From assembly GCF_001194135.2 (NCBI RefSeq), contig NC_068995.1:19292260-19333267 (forward strand): a stretch of 41,008 bases of DNA, in the 5' to 3' direction. The DNA is from Octopus bimaculoides. Taxonomy: Eukaryota. Below the pieces are notes generated by a model, which did no database searches, was not told the origin of the DNA, and was given only the letters and a program-made list of their open reading frames with translations. Both the position numbers and the translations under genes were made by a program. Below, piece after piece: positions 12,733-25,429 of the stretch (position 1 is the first letter of the stretch; each line of letters opens with the position of its first letter).

Positions 12733-13200
12733 TCAGTCTTGTGTTGGTGGTGTTGAGGTGATTCTTGAGGGCGGTATTGTTTTTGAGTTGTTTTTCATTT
12801 TGCTTTTTGAGTTTTTTTTTCTTTCGTTACTCTGGTTTTGCTTATTAATGTTTATGTTGCTGAGGTTGTAGTAGTTGCTGCTTCGAGTGTTGTAGATGAA
12901 GTGACGTGAACTGTTGCTGCGGTTGTATTCTGTCGCTGTAGTGGCTGTAGGTTTTCGTGTTGCGGTTGCTGCTTCTGGTAGTAGTGTTGTTAGTGGTGAT
13001 GGTGGTGGTCGTGGTGGTATGATGGTATTGATGGTTGTAGTGGTTTTGGTGTTGGTAGTGATGATGGTGATTGTTGTCATGGTGGTCATAGTGATAGTGC
13101 TTGTGGTGGTGTTGGTAATGGTGGTGGTGGTGGTGGTGGTGGAGGTTATGGTGGTGGTGTTTGGTGAAGTTGAGATGTTGGTACTGCAGGGTGCCTGTTT
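12733..13200. repeat. Degenerate (GGT/GTT/GAT)n low-complexity tract
   Basis: Strong 3-periodicity and G/T bias on the plus strand. Confidence 0.8.
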
Positions 13201-13803
13201 GCAGCTCTTCTTTTCTGTGGTTTTTGTCGGGACGACAGAGAGCTTTCAAGCTAGGATCATCGGATACAAAATTGTTAGGGTAAGCCTGAACTTATATGCG
13301 TGTCACAGCAAATTTAATGCCTTGCCTCGTGTTTCGTTAACAGATTTCAGCTTGGTCTCAAGTCCTATGCTATAAGTTGTCTCTTTTCGTCGATATGCAT
13401 CTGTAGAGAAATCTTTTTCATCCTGATTAGTTTCAAAAGTATTGCGGTATATTGAGAAAAACTTTCCTGCGTTCTAGTCTCTTAATGTTTTTTCTCCGCC
13501 TTAATTAAATGTTGGTGTTTATGATCTAGAAAGATAGAATCGCATAGCGCTTATGATCTGGGCAAGAGAAAATTTTTCGCTGTTTCACTGCAGCTGTTGC
13601 TGCTGTTGTTGCTAGCATCATCATTGTCTGTACTGTTAATGGTTTTATTGGGATATCTGTGAAGGCGTTGATAAATTTGTCTCTATAGCTACAGCTTCTT
13701 ACTATAACGCTGATAATGCTAATAGTATTTTATTAGTGATTTTGCGAACTTTTTTACAAATGCTATTGTTCTTGTTGTTTCTATTATTATTTGTGATGCT
13801 AAG

Positions 13804-14020
13804 ACGGTCAGCTGCCAGAATTGTTAGTAGGCTGGACGACATGCTTAGCGGTATTTCGCCCGTCGTTACGTTCTGGGTTCAAATTCCGCCGGGGTCGACA
13901 TTACTTTTCATCCTTTCGGGGTCGATGAAATAAGTACTAATTAAGCACTGTAGTAGATGTAATCGACTAGTCACTTCCCTTCAAATTTCAGACCTTGAGC
14001 CTTTAGTAGAAAGGAGTATA
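13804..14020 (+). mobile_element. tRNA-derived SINE, family A, near full length
   Basis: Head ggtcagctgccagaattgttag, B box gggttcaaattcc, ttcatcctttcggggtcgat body, tagtagaaagga tail. Confidence 0.85.
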
Positions 14021-14404
14021 ATTATTGATGATACAGTTTTTGTTACGTTGCGTCAATGATATTGTGTTAGGAGATGACGAAGAAATACAATTTCATCTCC
14101 ATAAAATTCTATTAACTTCCTCTCTTGATAACAGGATGAATACAGCGCGATACTCTATTGAAAACTATTGTATGTTTCGAAAGACTTTTCTTTCTTATAT
14201 AATTTTACAGTATAAGGCGAAAAAACAGACAAAAAGTTGTTTAGTCCTTAATGATTATGATCATTTAAGACACAAGGATGACATCTAAGAAGGAAAACAA
14301 CGCACAAATTTACCGAGCTTCGAAAATCATTTAGCTTAGAAGAAAAAATTAAATAAAACATAAGACAACAACAATTATCATCGTCAATGTTGTCATCAGC
14401 ATCA

Positions 14405-14470
14405 TTCTTGCTGGTGCGTTGTGTTCTTGAGCAAAACACTTCATCTCACCTTACTTTGAGATCACTTCGA
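14405..14470 (+). mobile_element. Headless family B SINE fragment
   Basis: gttgtgttcttgagcaaaacacttcat is identical to the reverse complement within 36295-36322. Confidence 0.6.
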
Positions 14471-14616
14471 CACCTGAGGCGTGGTATGCCGTGTATCTGT
14501 TCGGGCAACGTCGCTTTGATGGAGAGAGTGTGCTAATGAAAAACATATACATTTCATTGCAAAAAACAAATCATTGGTTGAGACACGCACACACAAACAC
14601 GCTCGCACACACACAT

Positions 14617-14722
<106 letters not shown>

Positions 14723-15431
14723 GTATATACAGGGTTACGAAAAATGATTGAACACCATAATGTAAAATCCACAGCTGTTTTCCTTTGTATATGTATCTGT
14801 ATATCCATGACATATGTCTTCTACTTTCATAATATTGCTCTGGTTTTCTTTGTTATGGATATTTTTAATTCAACTAAGTTAACGTGAGTTATCTATCTGA
14901 TTTACAGTCCGTACATACATTTGAGTGCGGTTGGCTAGATCTTCAGTCTCTAAATCACCTGAATTGTTTAATGCTTCGGGAGATTAATTTCCTAAAAACG
15001 AATTGATATTCGAAAAGCCAAGACGAAGCCAGCTTTACTAAGAATAATTCTGTGCGGAAAGCAAAGCTTATAGAGAGAGAGAGGACGCAAAATTGTGTAT
15101 GATACTGATTCTAGAATTCATCGAACAACGGCAAAAGAAGCGACAGCGGAACTAAAATACTCATTGCGAACACCGTTGGTGGTGAGTTCGATAAAGCTAG
15201 ATATCATGGGGAGGCTAGAATTGCTAAACTTTTACTGTCTCCTATTAACATTGTTAAGCAGGCAAAAAATGATGTCTAGACTATCAGAAATAATCAAAAG
15301 CACAATGGATTTATCTTCGACAAATCACCGATCAGATATCTCATACATATGTAAATACATACAGACACACACGTACACACACACTCACACACACACACAC
15401 ACGCACACATATATATATGCTCACTTAGATA

Positions 15432-15648
15432 TATTGCTTTCAAATTTTTGCACAAAGCCAGGAACTTCTAGGATGAGATAGATCTATTATATCGACGTTT
15501 GTTTTCACTTGGAACTTATCTTATCAACTCTGAACGGATGAAATACAAAGTTGACTTCTGTGGAGTTTGAACTCAGAACAGCAGACGGACGAAATGTCGC
15601 TAAGCATTTGCCCAGCGTGTTAACGATTCTGCAAGCTCGCCGCCTTAG
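15432..15648 (-). mobile_element. tRNA-derived SINE, family A
   Basis: Reverse complement gives ggcggcgagcttgcagaatcgttaacacgctgggcaaatgcttagcg..gttctgagttcaaactcc. Confidence 0.85.
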
Positions 15649-16303
15649 GAAAACAATATATTAATACAACTTGTGTAAAATCATTCGGAAACTCATTAGC
15701 AAATCAAAGATGTGTATTAATCTTTCTATCGTTTTATCAAATTGAAGATATATGCTCAGTGGAAGAAGACGTAGAAAAATGTAATTAAGTTTGAGTAGTC
15801 GGAATTTATAGATCTATAAATCACAGATTATAGTTGAAATATTGCTGAAATTCTTTTCAACTGATGATTACGTTCGTCTTATTATGATTATGTTTCACAG
15901 AAATATATTCAAATTTTGACAGGGTTGAAATTTCTTGGTGTAACAGGATACAGGATGAATGGATTTCTAGTTGCGAAAAAGGAAAATGTAACTTTTTGCA
16001 TTTAGCAGAAGAAACATTACAGAGTATTTAAAGAAAGCTTAGTAGAGGAATTAAAGACTTAGTATACATTAATTAAATGATAAAAAATGATTTTGCATTA
16101 CTTTTTAATTCCATTGAATTTACGATTTGGAAAATGCATTTTAAGAAATATTTTCCTGAGCCCTCTTTTCATGTACACTTTTCTTTAATGCCAGATGGAT
16201 TATTTTATGCTTTTAGAGTCTACAACAGTGTTCTCAACCATTCGTTTTTTTTTTATTTATGAACCTTTTATACTAATATTCTATTCTGCTGGACGCCCTA
16301 AGC

Positions 16304-18569
16304 CAGTTGTGAACAATTTGCGGCCCGTGGGTCGCATGCGTCTCGCTAAAGAGTTTTCTGCTGCCTGCGGAAGCATTCATCAAAAAATATTTTGCAAGTC
16401 TAAAATTTTCGGAAACTAATCACGGAAAACTGCTAGTGCCAACGTTAACTTGAACTGAGGCTTGCTTCATTTGTGTCACAGAAAATCATCCTCGTGTTTT
16501 AATAGGTGGATACCTACTGCGCATGCGCTCCTTCTACGCATGTGCAATCCCTTTATATGCAACAGTTTTCTCATTGCAACAGTACGATTTGTAACGCTCT
16601 GACCTGAGAAAACATGGACCCTCCTAAAAAGCGCAAAATCGAAAAAGAATGTCATGCGTTCAATGAAGACTGGACACACAAATATTTCTTCAGTAATTCA
16701 GAGAATAAGGTAATGTGTTTACTGTGTCACGTGACGGTTGCCGTGCTCAAGGAATACAATTTGAAATAACACCACCAAACAAAACATGGTGAGTTTGGTA
16801 GCGAAATGTCTGAGGAAGAAATCAGGACAAAAACTGCAGTGAGTTACGAAGCTGAAGAAGCAATAGGTTACATTTAAAAAGCAACCGACATTTCGGGATA
16901 GTGCTTCATGGTAGCATACAATCTCGCTAAATACAACAAGCCATTTTCTGATACCGAGTTTGTTAAGCAGTGTTTGATAGATCGCACAGGCGTCCTGTGT
17001 CCTAACACAAGAAGCAAATTCTAAACCATTTCATTATCAAGAAGGAATATGGTGCGGCGCATAGATTTAATTACTGGCGAACTAACAGAACAGCAGAACT
17101 CAGCGAGTAAAAAATTTCATTGGTCTTCTTTGACACAGAATGAAAGCACTGATAACTAAGACAGTGCACAGTTACGTATCTTTGTCCGTGGAATTGATGA
17201 ACATTTTATCATTACAGAGGAACTACTTGGTTTGGAATCGATGAAAAATACAGCCACTGATAAGGGCTTGTTTGAATGTATAGTGGATTGTGTGGAAAAA
17301 AAGTGCCTTGTCATGGAACAGATTGGCAAGAATTACAATAGATGGAGCCAAAGCATTTCATGGAAAAATGTGGGTATGATTTAAACTTTTACAAAACAAG
17401 TTAAAAGCAGCTCACCCAGACAGTGATATCTTGTCTTTTCATTGTATTTTCCACGAAGAAAACATCTGTAAAGCTGCACTGGACCTAAAACATATGGTGA
17501 ATCTTGTACTGAGCGTGGTGAACACAATTAGAGCAAGGGTGCTCTACCATCGACAATTTAAACCTTTGCTTTAGGATATGTAGGCAGAACATGGAGATGT
17601 GATTTACCACAATAACGTTTAGTGGCTGAGCCAGGACAAAATAATAAAACAGGTTTGGGACTTACAGAATGAAATCCTCCACTTTCTTGGAATGAGGTGC
17701 TTTCATGAGATTTCATAATTAAAATGGGATGTGAGGAGCTGAGAGATGGGAGAATTTTAGCAGATATATTTCAGAAATTAAATGAATTGAATGTGACATT
17801 GCAGGGAAAGGGGTTGTTTAGGCCTGTGAGATCATTCAAAACAAAATTAGGTCAATTTGCAAGGCAAGCAGGTGAAGGCAAGTTTTGTCGTTTCCCTTTA
17901 TTAAGAAAACAAGAAGGACCTATATGTGTTTCTTCAAGATTAGGGATCATTTGCTTAATTTGGACAATGAGGCCATGCGAAGATTTCAGGATTTTAAGAA
18001 AATTGAAGCAAGTTTAAATTTGTTATCCTTTCGCTGCTGATATTGATACAGCACCTGAAGAAGTGTAGCTTGAAGAAATGCTTAATTCTGTGCCATTGAT
18101 AGAATTTTACAAATCTTTATCAACTGACAAATGTTTATGGGTGAAGAAATTTTCTGGGAATATTTTTTTTAAATTTTAGGATCCACATATATTTGTGAGC
18201 AACGTTTTTCTTGCATAAAAATCAACAAGAGTAAAAATAGGTTCTCTGTGACTGACATAAACTTGTAGGCAAAGATGAGGCTCTCAACAAGCAACCTCAC
18301 TCCTGATTTCAAAAGAATTGTAAATAAATGTGACAGGTTACATTTGTTTCATTAAATTACTTGTGTTGGCTGATGTGTAATCTGCACATAAATAAATTTA
18401 ATGAAACCGTTTCTGTGTACCACTATTGTTTTAGTTTATTCATTTATTATTATTATGTAATTTCCACTTCGCATTAAATGAAATGTAATGTTAACTATTG
18501 AATACGATCAGTTATAGAAGGTACAGCCCTCTTCAAAAAACGGCCCTCTGAAACAATTGCCCACACCTA
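16304..18569 (+). mobile_element. hAT DNA transposon (Buster/Charlie-type), near full length, inactive
   Basis: TIRs CAGTTGTGAACAATT (16304-16318) and revcomp TAGGTGTGGGCAATT (18555-18569) match 11/15. 8-bp TSD ccctaagc (16296-16303) / cactaagc (18570-18577) matches 7/8, with TA at positions 4-5. Contains a transposase pseudogene. Confidence 0.92.
16614..18355 (+). pseudogene. hAT transposase pseudogene (BED-type zinc finger, DDE domain, C-terminal dimerisation domain; GTF2IRD2/SPIN-like family)
   Basis: MDPPKKRKIEKECHAFNEDWTHKYFF..CLLC..KEYNLK*HHQTKH; NESTD..AQLRIFVRG (consensus DESTD..AQL); IDGA; FHCIFHEE (CxxH); *WLSQ (RWLS); YICEQRFS; ends LTPDFKRIV..LFH* at 18355. Multiple stops and frameshifts. 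Confidence 0.9.
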
Positions 18570-18833
18570 CACTAAGCCATTCGATGTTTAAAAACTAATT
18601 TTCGACACTCTTTTATAAATTCCTATTTAGCTTTCCTCCATAAATTGAACTTACAAGCATGTAAAACGTTAAAGAAACATAGCTCTTTCTTGCAATAAGT
18701 ACTTCTATATTAAAATTGCCTTCATGGTCGTTTTAAACACTACCGTGCATCACTGATTTACTGTTTTCCGTGTTTGGACCTCAAAAGTTTGGACCCCTGG
18801 GGCGGGGTCCATATAACACTGTTTTGGATACTG

Positions 18834-20130
18834 ATGGGACAGACGTATTATCAAAGGAATTCCAGCTGTCATCATTATCCAGTCATTTCAAAACTGTGTG
18901 GAACAACGTTAGTCTAATGCCTTTCCCATTCATCCTTCCAAATGATTGGCTGGTCTTGTGGATTCTAGATGAAATTTCGAAGTCCAATTATCCAACGTCT
19001 GAGATCGTGCCGCCAAGTTACTTGAAACTCTCCTCACACATAAGCTGGACTCCTTCGATGCTGATGTTTGGCTAGGGCGAAATGTGTTCGGAGCTGCTTG
19101 GACTAGGACCTCCCTTTTCATAAGGTTGATGGTCAGTTCAAAAAGCTTTGTCGCTTTTATAAAGCAATCAACAAATGTCTTCAGGTTATTTTCCTCATGT
19201 GCAATAAAGGCATAATCATTTCCAAATAGGGCTTCAGTAATGAGCTTTTCCACTGTCTTGATTGGAGTAGGGGGTCGGGAGAGGTCGGAAATTGAGCCAT
19301 CTTAGCGATATATAATGTATGTGCTCAGGTGTAGGTCTTTCACTGCGTAAAGTAGGACCTATGTGAAGAACAAATTGAACAAGGCGGGGGCTAGTATGCA
19401 GCTCTGTTTCATGCCACTGGAGATATTGAAAGAATTGGTGTAGTCTCCATTGCAAAGAACTTCACCATCATATGGTTATGAAAGAGTATTATAAGTGTGG
19501 TGAAATTGTGTGGACAGCGTAGAATTAGTTAGGGTGGTCCGCAAAGCTTCTCTATTGACTGTGCCAAAATTCCATCCGTTGTTCAATACACTTTTTCTTC
19601 ACTTGACACACAGCAAACACCAGGCTTATGTTGTTGCAGCCAGATACTCTGAACATTAACCTCAAATGGAGCGGAATAAGCCCATACGAACTCGAACCCT
19701 CTGCCTCAGACAGATCAGTGTAGAAGTCTCTCATCACAGCAGCTGTCTTTGAAGGGGACCGGCAACAGCGTCGCGGTGCAGCAAGAGAAAGATGCCACAA
19801 GGTGAAATCCACCTCAAACCAGTCAACAAGCTGTTGCTGGGATATCTGTGGGCGCCTGAGTGCTTCCAGCTTTGAACTGCGGGGTGACATGTCCTCTCAT
19901 CGCTGAGAGCACAGACTTTGTCATCTTCGGACACCGATGGTCTACGCATCAGAGCAACGTTAGCCAATGCGTCTTCAAATTTCATAAGAAACTAGTGTGT
20001 GATTTGAAGGATATTCAACTGTTATTTCTGCCATCTACAAGACCTGTTGGACCCATCGTCTTTGTTTATATCAGACGGGATTATCGTCGTCTACAGCAGT
20101 ACAAGATTTATTTCTCCATTTTTTATCAGC
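18834..20130 (-). mobile_element. RTE-type LINE with internal deletions (5' region fused to mid-RT)
   Basis: TVNREAL (~19540-19562); NGDYTNSFNISSGMKQSCILAPALFNLFF (~19365-19455); LITEALFGNDYAFIAHEE..LTINLMKREVL (ORF 18930..19253); FK*LGGTIS..EISSRIHKTSQSFGR (~18935-19025). The upstream 19570-20130 segment is assigned as 5' region with lower confidence. Confidence 0.82.
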
Positions 20131-20245
20131 TTCGCACATCTTCTCGTACTGTTAGGAAGGATTCAATGGATAATGCCATATAACTCGATGTTTTCCATTT
20201 TTTTTTTAATACTTTTATTTTATCTTATGTACTATTCACATGTTA

Positions 20246-20450
20246 GAAGGCGGTGAGCTGGCAGAAATGCTAGCACGTCGGACGAAATGCTGAGTGATAT
20301 TTCGTCTGTCAAATTCTGCCACGGTCGACTTTGCCTTTCAACATTTTGGTGTCGATAAAGTAAGTACCAGTTACATACTGGGGTCGATCTAATTGACTTC
20401 CCCCCTACCCCAAAAATTTCGTACTCTGTGTCTTGAGTAGAAAAGAATAT
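20246..20450 (+). mobile_element. tRNA-derived SINE, family A
   Basis: ggcggtgagctggcagaaatgctagcacgtcggacgaaatgc..gtcgactttgcctttca..ctggggtcgatctaattgac..agtagaaaagaat. Confidence 0.88.
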
Positions 20451-20968
20451 TCACATATTGGATTCCTGTTTACTGTTTATATGGCATTGTAAATGTTTGT
20501 TTCATATGTTCGATTACTTAGGATCATTGAGGTACTAGCGGCAGAAGATTACTTAGGATCATTTTGTTACAAGCGGAAGAAGATGGCATTTAAAATTCAC
20601 ATATGTTTTTTTATTCTATGTGGTGACATCAAAGAACTGAAAGTTGATCACAGTGTGGTGCATTCTTCACGAATTATTGGTAAGGACTTCAATAACTTAA
20701 TTTGAAAGTTGATAGTTGTCAGATAATTCTGGATATTTTCATTACAATCTACTTATTCGTTAACTTATAATGAGCAGCATAACGGGCTTAGCATGGAGCC
20801 TAACTTCGTGCGGATAAAGAACGATGCATGTTCGTGTGTTTCAAATATTCCTTTCCCAAAGATTCAATCTAGTATAGCACAACATTTAGCGATTATATTC
20901 TGAAGAGCTTTGTGCAAGAAATCTGGCTGAGGGAAGGTGTGAAATGTGAAATCTCCCATGTGCGTGTG

Positions 20969-21026
<58 letters not shown>

Positions 21027-22187
21027 TGTATGTATGTATGTATGCGTGCAAGAATACTTATCTTACTCTATGTATTCGGGTGAGGAAATCGATAAACCTC
21101 TTCATTCAAACAAAAATGCCTACTGTATTTATTCCATCGATCGATTTTTATAGCAACTCGTACTTCACGCTATCCGAAACACATCAGAATAATGATTGCA
21201 GCTTCGAAAAGCTATTCACACCGACGTCATTCTTCAAAATCTGCATCATATAATTTAAATTATTCAAAGTGGTATTAGGATAATGAGGAACGAAATGGAG
21301 AGTTGACGTCTTTATGTTTGGCGACTCTTTGATTTTATTTCTATTTCGATTTATTTATTTAATGCTTACAGTTTTCGACGCATTAGTCTGTAATTTCTGG
21401 AATTATAGTCTATATTGACATTCCATTTATAAGACTGTTAATTGAATCTTGTTTTATATCAATTTAAGCTTATGAAAATATTCCGAGAGTCATATCAGAA
21501 AAATTGGACCTGGAATTTGGTATTTCACTATTAGTAAAATATCATAGTTCCTGTTTTAATCTGATTCTTGTTACCCCGAAATATGCTGTTAGTCACAGTC
21601 TTTTCTCTTTTTCATGTATATAGAGCTGGAAATGCGCAAACATATGACCCTGTAGGAAAGAGGTTCTTTCAATTTTTTTTTTTATTTTCAGACTAAGTAG
21701 ATAAGTCGAAACACTCGCACTAAATGCAAACACAAAAAAGTCCCCCGTGTATACACACAGAAACACACATACGTACATACGTATATAAACATATTTCTGT
21801 GTGTCTATATGTATATATACATATATATGTATGTATATATATATATATATATATATNNNNNNNNNNNNNNNNNNNNNNNNNNNNNNNNNNNNNNNNNNNN
21901 NNNNNNNNNNNNNNNNNNNNNNNNNNNNNNNNNNNNNNNNNNNNNNNNNNNNNNNNNNNNNNNNNNNNNNNNNNNNNNNNNNNNNNNNNNNNNNNNNNNN
22001 NNNNNNNNNNNNNNNNNNNNNNNNNNNNNNNNNNNNNNNNNNNNNNNNNNNNNNNNNNNNNNNNNNNNNNNNNNNNNNNNNNNNNNNNNNNNNNNNNNNN
22101 NNNNNNNNNNNNNNNNNNNNNNNNNNNNNNNNNNNNNNNNNNNNNNNNNNNNNNNNNNNNNNNNNNNNNNNNNNNNNNNNNNNNNNN

Positions 22188-22267
<80 letters not shown>

Positions 22268-22544
22268 TCATAAATATGCACATACATATATATATATTTA
22301 TATATAGACATCTATATATATATACATGAATATATATATGTATATATGTATGTATGTATATACATGCGTGTGTGAGTGTGTATATTTGTCCCTTAGCTTT
22401 CACTGAATCTATACATCTATTCTGCTAAAGGGACAGGTGAAATCACCAAAATTCGATAAATCTGTCTGCATCTAGTGCTGTTTTTTCCTTTAGAAAACAG
22501 ACGCATACCATACAAATGCACACGTGCATACCCACATACTCGCA

Positions 22545-22589
<45 letters not shown>

Positions 22590-23923
22590 ACACACACTCG
22601 TACTAACCCTCATGTAGACAGGGAGATTATCCGGTAGATGCAACAGATATATGCACGCATTCCTCCAATATATATATATATATATATACACACACATATA
22701 CATACATATATATATACATGTATGTATATGTATACATATGTATATATGTACACATGGTCGCACACACATAGATGCATATATGTATGTGTGTACACACGCA
22801 CATACACACATACATGCATATATGTATTTGTGTGTGTGTACGTGCGCATATGTGTGGTATTGTGTATGTATAGGAACAATAGACTCGAAATCAATATAAG
22901 AAATATTGACTGACAAAGGAAACATTAGACGTGGCCCACGATCTTTTTTAATGAAACCACTTAGGCGAGTCGCTCGGCTTTTTTGAAAATACATTTTTCT
23001 CCTTCTTCTTCTTGTAAACTATCTTATTGTATGCAGAAAAATGTCAATGTGATAACTGTTTTATTGTTATTCGTTTTTACCTTTTATTCATGTCTGTTGT
23101 AATAATTATAATTCTTTCTGTCTATCTCAGTCACATTATTATCAACTGGTGATTTTTTTCATTTCTTTTTTTTTTTTCGCTTTCATTTTTTTTTTTATTT
23201 TGCTATTAAGAGAAGCCAATTAAATACAAATCATGTATAAAAAAATACTAAAGAAACACAAGAATTATTGATAACAAGATTAGTTTGTTATAACTGAACA
23301 ACAATAACTGCGATATTTCAGAGATATCCAGGAAGCCTTTGATGTTATTGTATATGGTTTTCTTAAGGTAACAAGCTAAATTTTCAGAAAGGTTGTAGTA
23401 GCGACATAATTGTGCTTTTACGTTTACATCTAATTTTATATCTAAGACAATAGCTTTCTCTGTTTAGCGATATAATACTGAGTTCCATAGCGAAAGAAAC
23501 AATGACGTTGGAATAGTTCAGAGAAATTAAAAATTGGATTATCAGAGGAAGATATAAAAAAAGGATGACTTGAAATGTTTAAATGGATAAACAAAATAGT
23601 CCAAAAGAACTAAGAATGTTTTAAGATAGAGAAAAACAAAAGAATTAAAAAAATCATACACCAGGAAATTTAGAATGAAAGAATGACTCTTCCTGATATG
23701 AACAGACACTTTATTGTCTTTATATAAAAATATTCTGAAATTGATTATTTTTGTTGTCGTTTTTATATAAGTTAAACAACTTAGGGTATCAGTGTATGAT
23801 ATAGGGAGCGGTTTGTATCTCTATTAGATGAGAAGAGAATTTGATTTCACGCAACATTTATCTGGTAGTTCCCTTAAAGCTCTCGAGATAAAGTAGTTCT
23901 AATTTTATTATATTTTTATCTTA

Positions 23924-24119
23924 TGGCGGTTAGCTGCCAGAATCGTTATCACGCCAGAGTAAATACTTAGCGTCATTTGATATATCTTTATGTTCTGAAT
24001 TCAAATTTCACCGGGCTCGACTTTGCCTTTTATGCTTTCTGGGTAGATATAAGTTAGCACTGAAGTGAACTCCCACCACCCAAGAAATTGCTGGTCTTTT
24101 GCCAAAATTTGAAACAATT
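23924..24119 (+). mobile_element. tRNA-derived SINE, family A, diverged
   Basis: ggcggttagctgccagaatcgtta..gttctgaattcaaattt..cgactttgcc..gccaaaatttgaaac. Confidence 0.75.
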
Positions 24120-24189
24120 TTACCTATGTCTCACTCCTCATTTCTGCTCTCATTTCTAACACAAAACTTTCCCTCTGTTTGTATGTGTA

Positions 24190-24370
24190 CATCAATATAT
24201 ATATAAATCAAAGGATGACTGTGTGTGTAGTACGCATGCATTTCTACAGTTTTCAACCGATTTTCACTCAACTTTGCACACACATTACTTATGTTCCAAG
24301 GATGGTAATGGACTATAACATTTTGCCCAGACACCCCCACTTAATGCGAGAAACCAACCGGGTTTTTCAC
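24190..24370 (+). mobile_element. Possible 5' part of a non-autonomous Helitron/Helentron-like element
   Basis: atcaatatatatataaa, a short (GT) tract, then caaccgattttcactcaacttt, resembling the CCGATTTTCAxxAAACTT block recalled from Helitron-N/DINE-like repeats. No hairpin+CTRR 3' end found. Confidence 0.3.
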
Positions 24371-25429
24371 ATGAGTTTTTCTGTAAAAACTGTCGTTTTC
24401 AACCGATTGTCTCCACTTTCTCTTTCTGTTAATTTATCTTTTCGCTTTCTCACTTACAGCCTCTGTAATACTTCCTTCCTTTAAGTCTATGTCTATTTCT
24501 TTCACTCTCTCTCTCTCTCTTTCTCTCTCTCTCCCTCTCTCCGTCGTTCGTAAATATCTTTGTTTTCACGTTATTTGTACCCCTCCCTACAACATTACTT
24601 CATTTATTAAATTTTTTTTGCAATCTATCTCTATAAATTCACAATTTACATTTTTCCTTCTATCGAAAACTATTGTGATATAACCGCTAAGCCGTCATTA
24701 CTAACCAATAATAATTCAGTCACGTCACACAGCGTTCATGCGTTAGAAAAACATCTTAAAGTGGATCAGCTATTTTCTTCTACAGCTTTATACGCTGAAA
24801 TAGGGTTTGTAATTTCTGTCTACAAATTGACTTCCTGGTGTGATATAATATTGTTTTACTTTTATTCTTTCACTTTAAATTCGGATGCGATAAGTTATTG
24901 TTTCATTTTTTGTGTGTATGTTTGCGCGTTTGATACGTACAAGATAGTAAAGGACATTTTACACCACGGCGACGCTGACATCTCATATATAAGTGTGTAC
25001 GTATCTTTGAGTGTATGTGTGTGGGTGCATGAATGTGTATGTCTGTCTCTGACTGTGTGTGTGTGTTTCCGCGTTAGGTACGTTATTAAATATACGCACA
25101 CGTCTACTCATGTATATGCACATGCGTCTCTCTTGCTATATGTATGTTACTGTATTTGAGAGCGTATGTGTTCGTATCGTCACATATTCTATAAGAAATG
25201 TGTATGTGCCTGTGTGTGTGTATGTGTTTACGTACGTTATTAAACACACACATATATATACACATACATATACATATGTGGTACTTACGCATATGTGGTA
25301 CATATGCAAGTTACTTATTGTTTGCTTATAGTTTAATTTACACTGCATACAAAAATATAGACATACTACATACAATTGTTTACAAAAATAGAGATTAGTA
25401 TCTATTTTTTGCTATGTTCGTAATGTTTG

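Larger units (their letters stand above)
16226..18833 (+). mobile_element. hAT-type MITE (arms 16226-16303 and 18570-18833) interrupted by the hAT transposon
   Basis: Starts with CAGTGTTCTCAACC, a hAT-like terminus. Removing the insert and one TSD copy gives the contiguous ggacgccctaagccattcgatg. The right end has a ggacccc..ggggtcc subterminal palindrome and ends in ACTG. No TSD found for the MITE itself. Confidence 0.55.

Noticed and set aside
13250-13600. Possible Penelope N-terminal coding remnant on the minus strand (RLE..FLYRC)
   Set aside because: Motif spacing does not fit and there are many stops; unsupported.
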